Shown: positions 9,012 through 17,044 of the stretch, piece after piece | Layout: every line of letters begins with the position of its first letter | Position numbering within the stretch: position 1 is the stretch's first letter | Assembly: GCA_035390665.1 (NCBI GenBank) | Contig: DAOOUC010000001.1 | Location: 140,734 to 158,691 of the forward strand | Length of the DNA: 17,958 nucleotides | From: an archaeon | GTDB lineage: Archaea > Iainarchaeota > Iainarchaeia > Iainarchaeales > CSSED10-239 | Direction of reading: 5' to 3' | Position numbers and translations under genes: made by a program | The notes under the pieces: generated by a model | Database searches by the model: none | Told to the model about the DNA's origin: nothing | Seen by the model: the letters and a program-made list of their open reading frames with translations, nothing else

Positions 9012-9034
9012 AATAATCTCTTTCCTCTTTAATT

Positions 9035-9241
9035 TTAACTTACAGTTATTACTACTTTTTCATTATTTATGTTTCTTATTACTGCTAATGGCATAGTTTT
9101 ATTTTCAAATTCATCTTTTGCAATTGAATATGCTGTACTAGTCTTATCCACTTTAACAAGTGGGGGTGCTCCACAAGATATTTGTTGTGCTCTTGCAGAT
9201 ATTAATCTGGTTACTTCATATTTTGTTAATTTTGCTACCAT
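9035..9241 (-). CDS. rpoK: DNA-directed RNA polymerase subunit K (Rpb6-like)
   Basis: LTKYEVTRLISARAQQISCGAPPLV...AKDEFENKTMPLAVIRN is the classic RpoK/Rpb6 signature. Confidence 0.88.
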   Translation of the reverse strand: MVAKLTKYEVTRLISARAQQISCGAPPLVKVDKTSTAYSIAKDEFENKTMPLAVIRNINNEKVVITVS

Positions 9242-9332
9242 AATTCACATCTCATAAATTTGAAAAAACTTACATAAAATAAGGTCTATTCTATATATTT
9301 ATTAGTTAGTTAGGTTTAAATATTATTTCTTT

Positions 9333-9848
9333 TTAGATAATAAACAAAAATAACCAGATTGCTATTAAAATTAGCCTAATTGCTATAAATTTATCAAAAA
9401 TCTTAAATATTCCAAGGAGTATAAGAATTGCAAGAACTAAAGGACTCAATAATATTTTTAAAAGAAATAAACCCCAACTTTGCTTTATTGTATAGGTCTT
9501 TTTTATGGCAACAAAAGCATTTTCTGAGTCTTTGTCGCTTGGTATACTAAATAAAAGAGAAGAAACGCCGATCCAGACCATTAATAATTTAATAAATGGT
9601 TCAAAACTTAAAAGATATATTCTTGCACATAACAGAGAAATAAGAATATTAAAAAGAAAAGGAAATAATGCAATAATAATAATTTTATCTGTTCTACAGT
9701 CTTCGTGAATAACATAGCCTCCATTTTTTCCTAGAAATTTAATTTTTTTAATGGGCACATTAAGTAATAAACAGGCCAAAGCATGTGCTGTTTCATGTAT
9801 AATTATTCCAGGAAAAAACAATATGTGCATTATTTCGTATAGTTCCAT
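9333..9848 (-). CDS. Small multipass membrane protein with HExxH motif, putative M50-like metalloprotease
   Basis: FPGIIIHETAHALACLLLNVPIKKIKF (HETAH in a TM-flanked helix), several TM segments, PSDKDSENAF in the distal loop. Confidence 0.65.
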   Translation of the reverse strand: MELYEIMHILFFPGIIIHETAHALACLLLNVPIKKIKFLGKNGGYVIHEDCRTDKIIIIALFPFLFNILISLLCARIYLLSFEPFIKLLMVWIGVSSLLFSIPSDKDSENAFVAIKKTYTIKQSWGLFLLKILLSPLVLAILILLGIFKIFDKFIAIRLILIAIWLFLFII

Positions 9849-9863
9849 ATAAGTTATTATACA

Positions 9864-10247
9864 TCAACTAATATTTAAATTATTGTTCTGTTTAGAAATA
9901 GTGAGTTTATAATTTTTGGATATGTGCGTTACTGATATTAAATTTAATCTAGAAAAAATCAAACATTCTTTTTGTTTATTTTTTAAAATAATTTTTGTTG
10001 ATAATTTTTGTTCTATATTCCATTCAAATAAATTATTTAGCTCGATTTGTTTTAATCCTTCAGGCATAAGTTCAAAAAATTCTATTGTTTGATTTATCTC
10101 CTTACATTTTTCTTTTAGCCTATAGTTATCAATAGCATTTAAATTTCTAGAATAAAGTGTTATTATTACTGTGCTAATGACTGCTAGAATTGATAAAATC
10201 CCAGCAAATATCAATACATATTCAATAGTTACAAATCCTTTAGTCAT
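9864..10247 (-). CDS. Pilin-like secreted/membrane-anchored protein with type IV prepilin-like N-terminus
   Basis: MTKG|FVTIEYVLIFAGILSILAVISTVIITLY: short basic leader, G cleavage site, Glu at +5, hydrophobic helix. Confidence 0.65.
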   Translation of the reverse strand: MTKGFVTIEYVLIFAGILSILAVISTVIITLYSRNLNAIDNYRLKEKCKEINQTIEFFELMPEGLKQIELNNLFEWNIEQKLSTKIILKNKQKECLIFSRLNLISVTHISKNYKLTISKQNNNLNIS

Positions 10248-10429
10248 TCTATGTCATCGATTTTATCAAAAATTTTATCTGCTGTGCCTTCTACTGTTTT
10301 ATTCGCTTTTGCAGTTGTTTTCTGTAGTTGAGTAATTATTACAAGAACAATAGCAACAATTGCAGCTAAAAGAATAATCATTTCTGCAGATATTTGCCCG
10401 CGTTTTTCATATAGTATTTTTTTTATCAT
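10244..10429 (-). CDS. Class III signal-peptide (DUF361-like) small pilin protein, start corrected to ATG 10429
   Basis: MIKKILYEKRG|QISAEMIILLAAIVAIVLVIITQLQKTTAKA has the Q-x-S-x-E-x3-L archaeal prepilin motif. TATA-like TTTTATAAAG at 10451-10460 is about 27 bp from 10429. Confidence 0.8.
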   Translation of the reverse strand: MIKKILYEKRGQISAEMIILLAAIVAIVLVIITQLQKTTAKANKTVEGTADKIFDKIDDIE

Positions 10430-10450
10430 AATAATTAAAGAGTTAAAGTA

Positions 10451-10460
10451 CTTTATAAAA
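10451..10460 (-). promoter_or_regulatory. Putative TATA box for the class III pilin gene (CTTTATAAAA on +)
   Basis: Good TTTATAAA-type core, about 27 bp upstream of ATG 10429 on the minus strand. Confidence 0.55.
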
Positions 10461-10525
10461 ATCAATTACTCTTTTTTTTGTGTTTTTGTTAATTTTGATT
10501 GCTTTTTTATGGTTTAATGGGTTAT

Positions 10526-10535
10526 TTTTTAAATT
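10526..10535 (+). promoter_or_regulatory. Putative TATA-like element for rad50 (TTTTTAAATT)
   Basis: About 26 bp upstream of ATG 10556. Confidence 0.4.
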
Positions 10536-10555
10536 AATTATTGCATAATATTATT

Positions 10556-12814
10556 ATGCTTAAATCTTTAAAGCTTGAAAATTGGAAAACACATCATAAT
10601 TCCATTATAAATTTTTCAAAAGGCACAAATATATTTGTAGGAAAGATTGGAGCTGGTAAGTCAAGTATTGTTGATGCAATTTGTTTTGCACTTTATGGAA
10701 CATATCCTGCACTTCAAACAAAGAAATTAACAATTTCTGAAACAATAATGTTTAAACCAGTAAAAAAAGATTTTTCTAAAATCACTCTTATTTTTGAATA
10801 TGAAAATAATGAGTACAAGATTGAACGAGAAATATTTACAGAAAAAACAAATAATGCAAAATTATATTTAAATGATAGATTGGTTGCTGGGCCAAAACAA
10901 ACAGATGTTAATGAAAAAGTGTCTGATATTTTAGGTATTGATTATAATCTTTTTATAAAAATCGTCTATTCAGAACAAAATGAAATAGATTATTTTCTAA
11001 AGATTGCTCCAGGGAAAAGAAAAGAACAGTTTGATTCTTTATTTGGCATAAGTAATCTAGAAAACATAAAAGTGAATTCTCGTGAATTGTCTAGGTTGAT
11101 TTCGTTTGATAAAGAAAAGAACACAGTTTTATATAAACAGATAACTGAGCAGATTTCTGCATTTAATTATTCAGAAATAGAATTGCAATTAAAAAGCCTA
11201 ATTACCGAAAAAGAAAAAATCATTAATCAAATTTCTGAGCAAATAACTTTAAAACAAACTCTTGAACAAGAATACAAGAAAATAAAAGAGAAAAAACAAA
11301 TTTATGAAAACAAAATCACAGAAAAAAACATTCTAGAGGCAAAACAGAAAGAAATAGTCTTACAAATTAAAGATGATTTTAAAATATCTGATAATGTGTC
11401 TAGTCTAAAAGAAAAAAAGATTATATTAGAACAAGAAATTAAAGAAATAGAAGAAGAAAACAAGAAAGTTATTTTAATGCAAAGAAATTTAGAAAATCAA
11501 AGGCATTTTTATTTAGAACAACAAGATTTATTAAATACAGAACAAAAAGCACTTGAGCTAAAAAAAATTCAATTGGATATAAATAAAATTAATGCAGAAA
11601 AGACAGAATTAGAATTAAAAATTTCAGAAATGCAATTAAATATTGCAGAAAAGACTGCAATAATCAATGATTTGAAAAAATCAATAATAGAATTAAAAAA
11701 AGGATTTTCAAATTGTCCAGTCTGTGATTCTAAGTTAAGTAAAGAGCAAATCACTTTAAAATTGAATGAAAAACAAAATCAAGAAAAACAAGAAAGCACA
11801 CAATTATTAAATTTAAATGATATCTTGAAACAACAACTTACAAGAAAAGAAGAATTAAAAATTCAAGAAAAAAAAGCCCAAGAAAATGAAATTGTGATTC
11901 AAAAGATTTTAGAGATTGAAAAGAAAAAAGAGAATTTCAACAAAACTATTCAAGAATTAAATCTAAAAGTAAAAGAATTGCCTGAAAAAAAAGACACCCA
12001 ACCTCTTCAAGACCAATATTCAAATACTATAGCTCTTCTAGAACAATATCAATTAATAGAAAAGAAAAAAGAAATTGAAAGCAAATTAGATTCTTTAAAT
12101 CGAGCCATTTTAGATTTAAACTATTCAGAAGAGAATTATTTAATACTTTATACTGATTATAAAAATCTTGAAACTAAATTTGAATACTTAAAATCTCAAG
12201 AAGAAAATCTAAAGAAACAAGAAGAGAATCTAAAAGGAAATGTAGAAAGATATACAAAGTTAAAAGAAGATGAAAATAAAATTAAGATAAAACTAGATAA
12301 CTTAGATAAACACCTGCAAAATGTTTCTTATTTTACTTTGGCTGCAGAATCAAGTCAAAATAATTTAAGAACTGTATTAGTAAATAATATTAATAAAACT
12401 CTAGAGTTGATTTGGCCAAAAGTTTATCCTTATACAGACTATATTTCTGCAAGATTGAAAGCAGAAAACGATTATGTTCTTGAAGTTCAAACACTAGATA
12501 ATAATTGGATTAGAGTTGAAGGCCTTCTAAGTGGAGGAGAAAGAACGTGTGCGGCTCTTAGTATTAGAGTTGCAATAGCTTTGTCTTTAACAAAAAAACT
12601 TGGTCTTTTAATACTTGATGAACCAACACACAATCTGGATACAAAGACCATAGCAAATATTTCTATAATACTTGAAAAAGATCTTCCAGAATTAGTTGAT
12701 CAGATATTTATTGTAACTCACGATTCTAAACTTTTAGATGCAGTAAATTCATCTAAATATATAATTGAAAGAGATAAAGAAAACGATGGTGTTTCAAAAA
12801 TAATAGAGGGATAA
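10556..12814 (+). CDS. rad50: DNA double-strand break repair ATPase Rad50
   Basis: LKLENWKTHHNSIINFSKGTNIFVGKIGAGKSSIVDAICFALYG (Walker A), long coiled coil with zinc hook CPVC, LLSGGERTCAALSIRVAIAL signature, LGLLILDEPTHNLD Walker B/D-loop. The track uses TTG 10541; ATG 10556 gives the canonical MLKSLKLENWK start. Confidence 0.93.
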   Translation: MLKSLKLENWKTHHNSIINFSKGTNIFVGKIGAGKSSIVDAICFALYGTYPALQTKKLTISETIMFKPVKKDFSKITLIFEYENNEYKIEREIFTEKTNNAKLYLNDRLVAGPKQTDVNEKVSDILGIDYNLFIKIVYSEQNEIDYFLKIAPGKRKEQFDSLFGISNLENIKVNSRELSRLISFDKEKNTVLYKQITEQISAFNYSEIELQLKSLITEKEKIINQISEQITLKQTLEQEYKKIKEKKQIYENKITEKNILEAKQKEIVLQIKDDFKISDNVSSLKEKKIILEQEIKEIEEENKKVILMQRNLENQRHFYLEQQDLLNTEQKALELKKIQLDINKINAEKTELELKISEMQLNIAEKTAIINDLKKSIIELKKGFSNCPVCDSKLSKEQITLKLNEKQNQEKQESTQLLNLNDILKQQLTRKEELKIQEKKAQENEIVIQKILEIEKKKENFNKTIQELNLKVKELPEKKDTQPLQDQYSNTIALLEQYQLIEKKKEIESKLDSLNRAILDLNYSEENYLILYTDYKNLETKFEYLKSQEENLKKQEENLKGNVERYTKLKEDENKIKIKLDNLDKHLQNVSYFTLAAESSQNNLRTVLVNNINKTLELIWPKVYPYTDYISARLKAENDYVLEVQTLDNNWIRVEGLLSGGERTCAALSIRVAIALSLTKKLGLLILDEPTHNLDTKTIANISIILEKDLPELVDQIFIVTHDSKLLDAVNSSKYIIERDKENDGVSKIIEG

Positions 12815-12816
12815 AA

Positions 12817-13560
12817 ATGAATAATTTGCCAATCTTTATGCAGGACTCAAAAACTGCAGAAATACTTAAGGATGTAAAAGCGTCAATTCCAAAAACTGCA
12901 AAAGCATATATGATTGGTGGAGCTAGCCGAAATTCATTTTATTATAAAATATTTAAAGAAGAATTGCCTCAAAGAGATTATGATATTTGGTATTCTGGCA
13001 ATAGAGAACAATTTATTAAGAATTTAAGAGCTCACGGATTTGTTTATGGTAAAATGAAAAGAAAAACACACATTACTTTAAAAAAGAAGAAGGTATCCAA
13101 ACCAGATAAAGATAATTTTTCAGATTATGTTATATTAGATATTAATTTTGCAACCGATAGGCACGTCTTAGACAATCTTAAGAAACATGCAAATTTTACA
13201 ATTAATGGTTTTGCAATTTCTATAAAAGATATAGATTCCAAAAATTGGTATAAAAATGCAATAAAGCTTACAGGTTCTTTGAAAGATTTAAAAAATAAGC
13301 AATTGCGAGTAAATTCTATAGAACATCCTGCAAATTTATTTGCCTGTATTAGATTTATGTCTAAGGGGTTTAAAGCACCACCAAAAGAAAAAATTAAAGA
13401 ATTACTAATTGGGCTAAGTAAATTTGAAAAATGGAGATATCCAAGAAATGTACAAAAATTATTTGATTATGTTGGTGGAGAAAAAGAAGCCAAAAGATTA
13501 GCTAGAAAATTAGGCATAAAACCCAATATTTTTGTTTATGAAAAATTAAAGAAATTATAA
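12817..13560 (+). CDS. Class II CCA-adding/poly(A) polymerase head-like nucleotidyltransferase
   Basis: YMIGGASRNSF...LPQRDYDIWYSG (GG...DxD-like core), ILDINFATDR, HANFTINGFAIS, LTGSLKDLKNKQLRVNSIEHPANLFACIRFM match the poly(A) polymerase head-domain layout. Confidence 0.72.
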   Translation: MNNLPIFMQDSKTAEILKDVKASIPKTAKAYMIGGASRNSFYYKIFKEELPQRDYDIWYSGNREQFIKNLRAHGFVYGKMKRKTHITLKKKKVSKPDKDNFSDYVILDINFATDRHVLDNLKKHANFTINGFAISIKDIDSKNWYKNAIKLTGSLKDLKNKQLRVNSIEHPANLFACIRFMSKGFKAPPKEKIKELLIGLSKFEKWRYPRNVQKLFDYVGGEKEAKRLARKLGIKPNIFVYEKLKKL

Positions 13561-13580
13561 TTTAGATGAGTTCCTTATTC

Positions 13581-13590
13581 CTTTAAAATA
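13581..13590 (+). promoter_or_regulatory. Putative TATA box (CTTTAAAATA) for priS
   Basis: About 27 bp upstream of ATG 13612. Confidence 0.45.
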
Positions 13591-13611
13591 CTTGTTTTCT
13601 ATATATTATAT

Positions 13612-14892
13612 ATGGGAGAACTTGATACAAATCCATATACTGTTTCTTACTTAAGAGATTTGTTTAAAAATTATTATAGAAATAATCCAGTAACAAGTCC
13701 TATAGCAATAGAAACAAGAGAGGTTGGCATTGGAGAATATGGTAAAAAAATAAGTTCAAGACATCTTTCTTTTAGAGATATCTCTGGTTTAAATAAATAT
13801 TTAGTTGAAAAGACTCCTTTTTTTGTTTCTTATTCTGTTGGGTACTATAAGTTTCCTGATAGACGACCAATGGAGAACAAGGAGTTATTTGGTGCAGACA
13901 TAGTTTATGAATTTGATGCTGACGACTTTGATTTGCCTTGTAAAAATGAACACGACGTGTGGTTTTGTAAGGCCTGTGGGGAATTTGGAAACGGTCACAA
14001 GGATATTTGCCCAAAGTGTCAAGGAAAGACAGAAATTACTGAGTGGGTTTGTGATAAATGCTTGGGTCATGCTAAAAACGAAACCCTAAGATTAATGGAT
14101 TTTTTAGAAACAGATTTTAATCTTGACCCTAAAAGTTTTGTAGTGTCTTTCTCTGGTTCAAAAGGATATCATCTAAGAGTAACAGACAAATCTATAATTC
14201 CTTTATCAAAATCTTCTCGTTTACAGATGATGAACTATATTCAAGGTAAAAGTCTTGATATTGAAATGTTGGGTTTTGATTTAAAAAAAATGAGAGGTCC
14301 TATAGGAGAAAACTGGTTTCAGAAGAAATTTATAGAGAAAATGCAGCAAATTATATATAATTTAACAAAAGAATGGTTAATGAAAAATTTAGGGTATAAT
14401 GTAAATAAATCTAATAAAATTATGCTTCAAAAAGAAACTATTAAAAACAAATGGGATATAAAAGTATATGAAGATACAGATATTAACAAAAATCGACCCA
14501 AAAGAATTATTTGGGCACCTACGGGAGAAAAAAATCTCGTAGATTTTTGGCAAGATTTATTCGAATTTGTGAAGCAAGATGTAACAACATTTAGAATTGA
14601 CCCAATGTCTTCAAGTGATATCTATAAAATAATGAGGATGCCTAATACCATTCACGGGGGAACAGGGTTTCTATCAAATACAATTAAAACAAGAGAAGAT
14701 TTAGAAAGATTTGAGCCATTAAGTGATTCAATAATCTTTAGAGAAGATAAAACAAAAAAAGTAGAGATTACAAGGCCGATTAATAAATTCAGATTAATAG
14801 ATCAAGAATTTGGACCATACAATATTGGAGAAAAAATAGATTTACCAGAAGCAGTAAGTGTTTATTTATTATTAAAAGGGGTAGCAAAATGA
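13612..14892 (+). CDS. priS: DNA primase catalytic small subunit PriS
   Basis: SRHLSFRDI, YEFDADDFDLPC, zinc-binding cysteines (CKACGEF, CPKCQG, CDKC), VVSFSGSKGYHLRV, MRMPNTIHGGTGF. Confidence 0.95.
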   Translation: MGELDTNPYTVSYLRDLFKNYYRNNPVTSPIAIETREVGIGEYGKKISSRHLSFRDISGLNKYLVEKTPFFVSYSVGYYKFPDRRPMENKELFGADIVYEFDADDFDLPCKNEHDVWFCKACGEFGNGHKDICPKCQGKTEITEWVCDKCLGHAKNETLRLMDFLETDFNLDPKSFVVSFSGSKGYHLRVTDKSIIPLSKSSRLQMMNYIQGKSLDIEMLGFDLKKMRGPIGENWFQKKFIEKMQQIIYNLTKEWLMKNLGYNVNKSNKIMLQKETIKNKWDIKVYEDTDINKNRPKRIIWAPTGEKNLVDFWQDLFEFVKQDVTTFRIDPMSSSDIYKIMRMPNTIHGGTGFLSNTIKTREDLERFEPLSDSIIFREDKTKKVEITRPINKFRLIDQEFGPYNIGEKIDLPEAVSVYLLLKGVAK

Positions 14893-15446
14893 ATGAATAT
14901 ACAATTGATTACGATGAACTTTCTAAAATTTATAGACTTGAAACCAAGTCTCCAAAATTAACAAAACTAAATCCCTCTTTTTATAAAGAATTAAAAAAAT
15001 TTATTACTCAAGAAAAATCAAAATATGTTAGTGCTATTGAAAATCTTTCTCAAGTTGATTTAAAGAAGTTTGAAACCTTAAAACAAACAGTAAATAAAAT
15101 TAGAGAGATAAGACTTAAGAAGTGCTTAAATCTTTGTTTAACTTATAGTAGAACAAAAGACTTTAGTGAAGACAATTTAATTGATTTTGAAATTGATTTT
15201 GTTAAAGATATTTTAAAACTTTTAGATAAACAGGCAGAATACACTGATGGATTATTTGGCTCTAAAACAAAAAATGCCGATAAGCAATCAAACTTAATAA
15301 AGGTTATTGCATTATCTAATATCCCTTCATTTATTGGATCAGATATGAAAGAATATGGCCCTTTTGATAAAGATAATGTTTGTGAGATTCCAGAAAATAT
15401 TTTCACAATATTGTTTTCAAAAAATATAGTAAAAAAAATAGAATAG
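14889..15446 (+). CDS. Archaeal GINS complex protein (Gins51/Gins15-like)
   Basis: N-terminal KLTKLNPSFYKELKKFI and helical A-domain; C-terminal IPSFIGSDMKEYGPFDKDNVCEIPENIFTILFSKNIVKKI is a typical B-domain. Overlaps the priS stop by ATGA. Confidence 0.85.
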   Translation: MNEYTIDYDELSKIYRLETKSPKLTKLNPSFYKELKKFITQEKSKYVSAIENLSQVDLKKFETLKQTVNKIREIRLKKCLNLCLTYSRTKDFSEDNLIDFEIDFVKDILKLLDKQAEYTDGLFGSKTKNADKQSNLIKVIALSNIPSFIGSDMKEYGPFDKDNVCEIPENIFTILFSKNIVKKIE

Positions 15447-15459
15447 ATGTGATTAAATA

Positions 15460-16230
15460 ATGGTAGATTATCCTAAAATTTCAGATGTAGTAATTTGTAA
15501 AATTACAAAAATAAATGATTATGGTGTTTTTGTTTCTCTTTTAGAGTATGATAACATTGAAGCATTTGTACACGTTTCTCAAGTTTCTTCAACTTGGGTT
15601 AAAAATATACACAACCATGTAAAACTAAACCAAATAAGAGCAGGTAAAGTCTTACATATTGATACCTATAAAAATCAAATTGATCTTTCCTTTAATAGAG
15701 TGACTTCTGCAGAAGAAAAAAGAAAAATATCTGATTATAGACTTTTTAAAAGAGCTCAAAGTCTTTTGTCTGCTGTTGCAAAAGAACTATCTTTAAGTGA
15801 AGACGAGGTTTGGAGAGATGTCGCTGAACCAATTCTAGAAAAAGATGCAAGTCTATATACTGGTTTTGTAAATATTTTAAAATATGGAATAAAATACTAT
15901 CCTGAAATTAATAAAAAATATGAAACAAAGCTTCTTGATATTCTTAACAAAAGCATAAGTGTTAAAGATAAGAAAATAACAGGGATTTTAGAAATATCAA
16001 ATTCTTCAGAGAATGGAATAGAAATTATAAAAAAAGCATTATCTAAAGTAATTTCTGAAAATCAAGAAACACAGATAATTTACGTTGCTTCTGGAAAATA
16101 TGAATTAAGTGTTACTGCTAAAGATTATAAACTTGCATCTAAAAAGATTAACGAAATTATTGTAAGTTTAGAAAAGGCACTTAAAGGTTCAAGCTTTAAA
16201 TATACCCAATCAGATAAATCTAAGAATTAA
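15460..16230 (+). CDS. eif2a: Translation initiation factor aIF2 subunit alpha
   Basis: S1 domain (GDxx-like VVICKITKINDYGVFVSLLEYDNIEAFVHVSQVSSTWVKNI...IDLSFNRVTSAEEKRKISDYR). Confidence 0.93.
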   Translation: MVDYPKISDVVICKITKINDYGVFVSLLEYDNIEAFVHVSQVSSTWVKNIHNHVKLNQIRAGKVLHIDTYKNQIDLSFNRVTSAEEKRKISDYRLFKRAQSLLSAVAKELSLSEDEVWRDVAEPILEKDASLYTGFVNILKYGIKYYPEINKKYETKLLDILNKSISVKDKKITGILEISNSSENGIEIIKKALSKVISENQETQIIYVASGKYELSVTAKDYKLASKKINEIIVSLEKALKGSSFKYTQSDKSKN

Positions 16231-16241
16231 TGTGATAAAAA

Positions 16242-17036
16242 ATGACTACAAAAATAAATGTTATTAAACAACAGAAATTAAGAAATGCTGTAATGCTTGT
16301 TGGTCTTCCAGGTATTGGTTTAGTTGGTAAGATTGCAGTTGATTATTTACAAGGAGAATTAAAACCAAAAGCAATAGAATATGCAACAGTTATTTCAGAC
16401 ACTTTTCCGCCAGCAGTTCATGCAAAAAGTTCTACATTAGAATTAATTTCTGATCAAATATTTTTATACAAAGGAAAAACAAGAGATTATTTATTTTTAG
16501 TTGGACCAGTTCAACCAAATCTTTCAAATGTAGCAAACAGTCAAGAACATTATGAGTTTTCAGAAAGCATAACAGAATTTTGTAAAAAGCAAGGAGTAAA
16601 AGAAATCTATACTTTTGCAGGGCTTAATATTGGAGAAAAGCGTTTAAATCAGAAGCCAAGAGTTCTTGCAGTAACAAGCGATAAAGAAACAAAAGAAAAA
16701 TTAAAAAAGAAAAAAATTAATAATGTTATTTTTGATGACACTCAAGGAGATACTTTAATTTCTGGAGTCGCAGGATTATTAATTGGAATTGCATACTACA
16801 ATTACAAGATTCCTGGCTGTTGTTTTATGGGAGAAACAGATCAAAAACTAATTTTTGGAGATCAGGGTTCTGCAAGAAGTGTGCTTGGGGTTATTTGTGA
16901 TCTTTTTGATTTTAAAGTAGATATGAAAAAAATAGATGTTCAAGCAAAAAAGATAGAAGAATCATTCCAAGAGATACAAGAAAAAATTAAAGAACTTGAG
17001 AAGAAAAAAGAAGCACCTGCAAGTTATATAAGGTGA
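16242..17036 (+). CDS. PAC2 family protein (proteasome assembly chaperone-like)
   Basis: LVGLPGIGLVGKIAVDYLQGEL, FPPAVHAKSSTLELISDQIFLYKG, GVAGLLIGIAYYNYKIPGCCFMGET, GSARSVLGVICDLF. Confidence 0.9.
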   Translation: MTTKINVIKQQKLRNAVMLVGLPGIGLVGKIAVDYLQGELKPKAIEYATVISDTFPPAVHAKSSTLELISDQIFLYKGKTRDYLFLVGPVQPNLSNVANSQEHYEFSESITEFCKKQGVKEIYTFAGLNIGEKRLNQKPRVLAVTSDKETKEKLKKKKINNVIFDDTQGDTLISGVAGLLIGIAYYNYKIPGCCFMGETDQKLIFGDQGSARSVLGVICDLFDFKVDMKKIDVQAKKIEESFQEIQEKIKELEKKKEAPASYIR

Positions 17037-17044
17037 TAATTTTA

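Noticed and set aside
9069-9257. Plus-strand ORF overlapping rpoK
   Set aside because: Antisense to the clear RpoK signature.
9505-9708. Plus-strand 67-aa ORF in the M50-like gene
   Set aside because: Antisense shadow; no conserved motif or promoter.
11569-11754. Minus-strand hydrophobic ORF inside the Rad50 coiled coil
   Set aside because: Antisense of Lys/Glu-rich coiled-coil codons commonly produces Phe/Leu-rich spurious ORFs.
11180-12330. A-rich, repetitive-looking sequence (many GAAAAAA/CAAGAA units)
   Set aside because: Explained by Lys/Glu/Gln-rich coiled-coil coding of Rad50, not a DNA repeat array.
13772-14089. Three overlapping small ORFs inside priS
   Set aside because: Alternate frames across the PriS zinc region; no independent support.
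15143-15406. Minus-strand 87-aa ORF in the GINS gene
   Set aside because: Antisense shadow of the GINS B-domain region.
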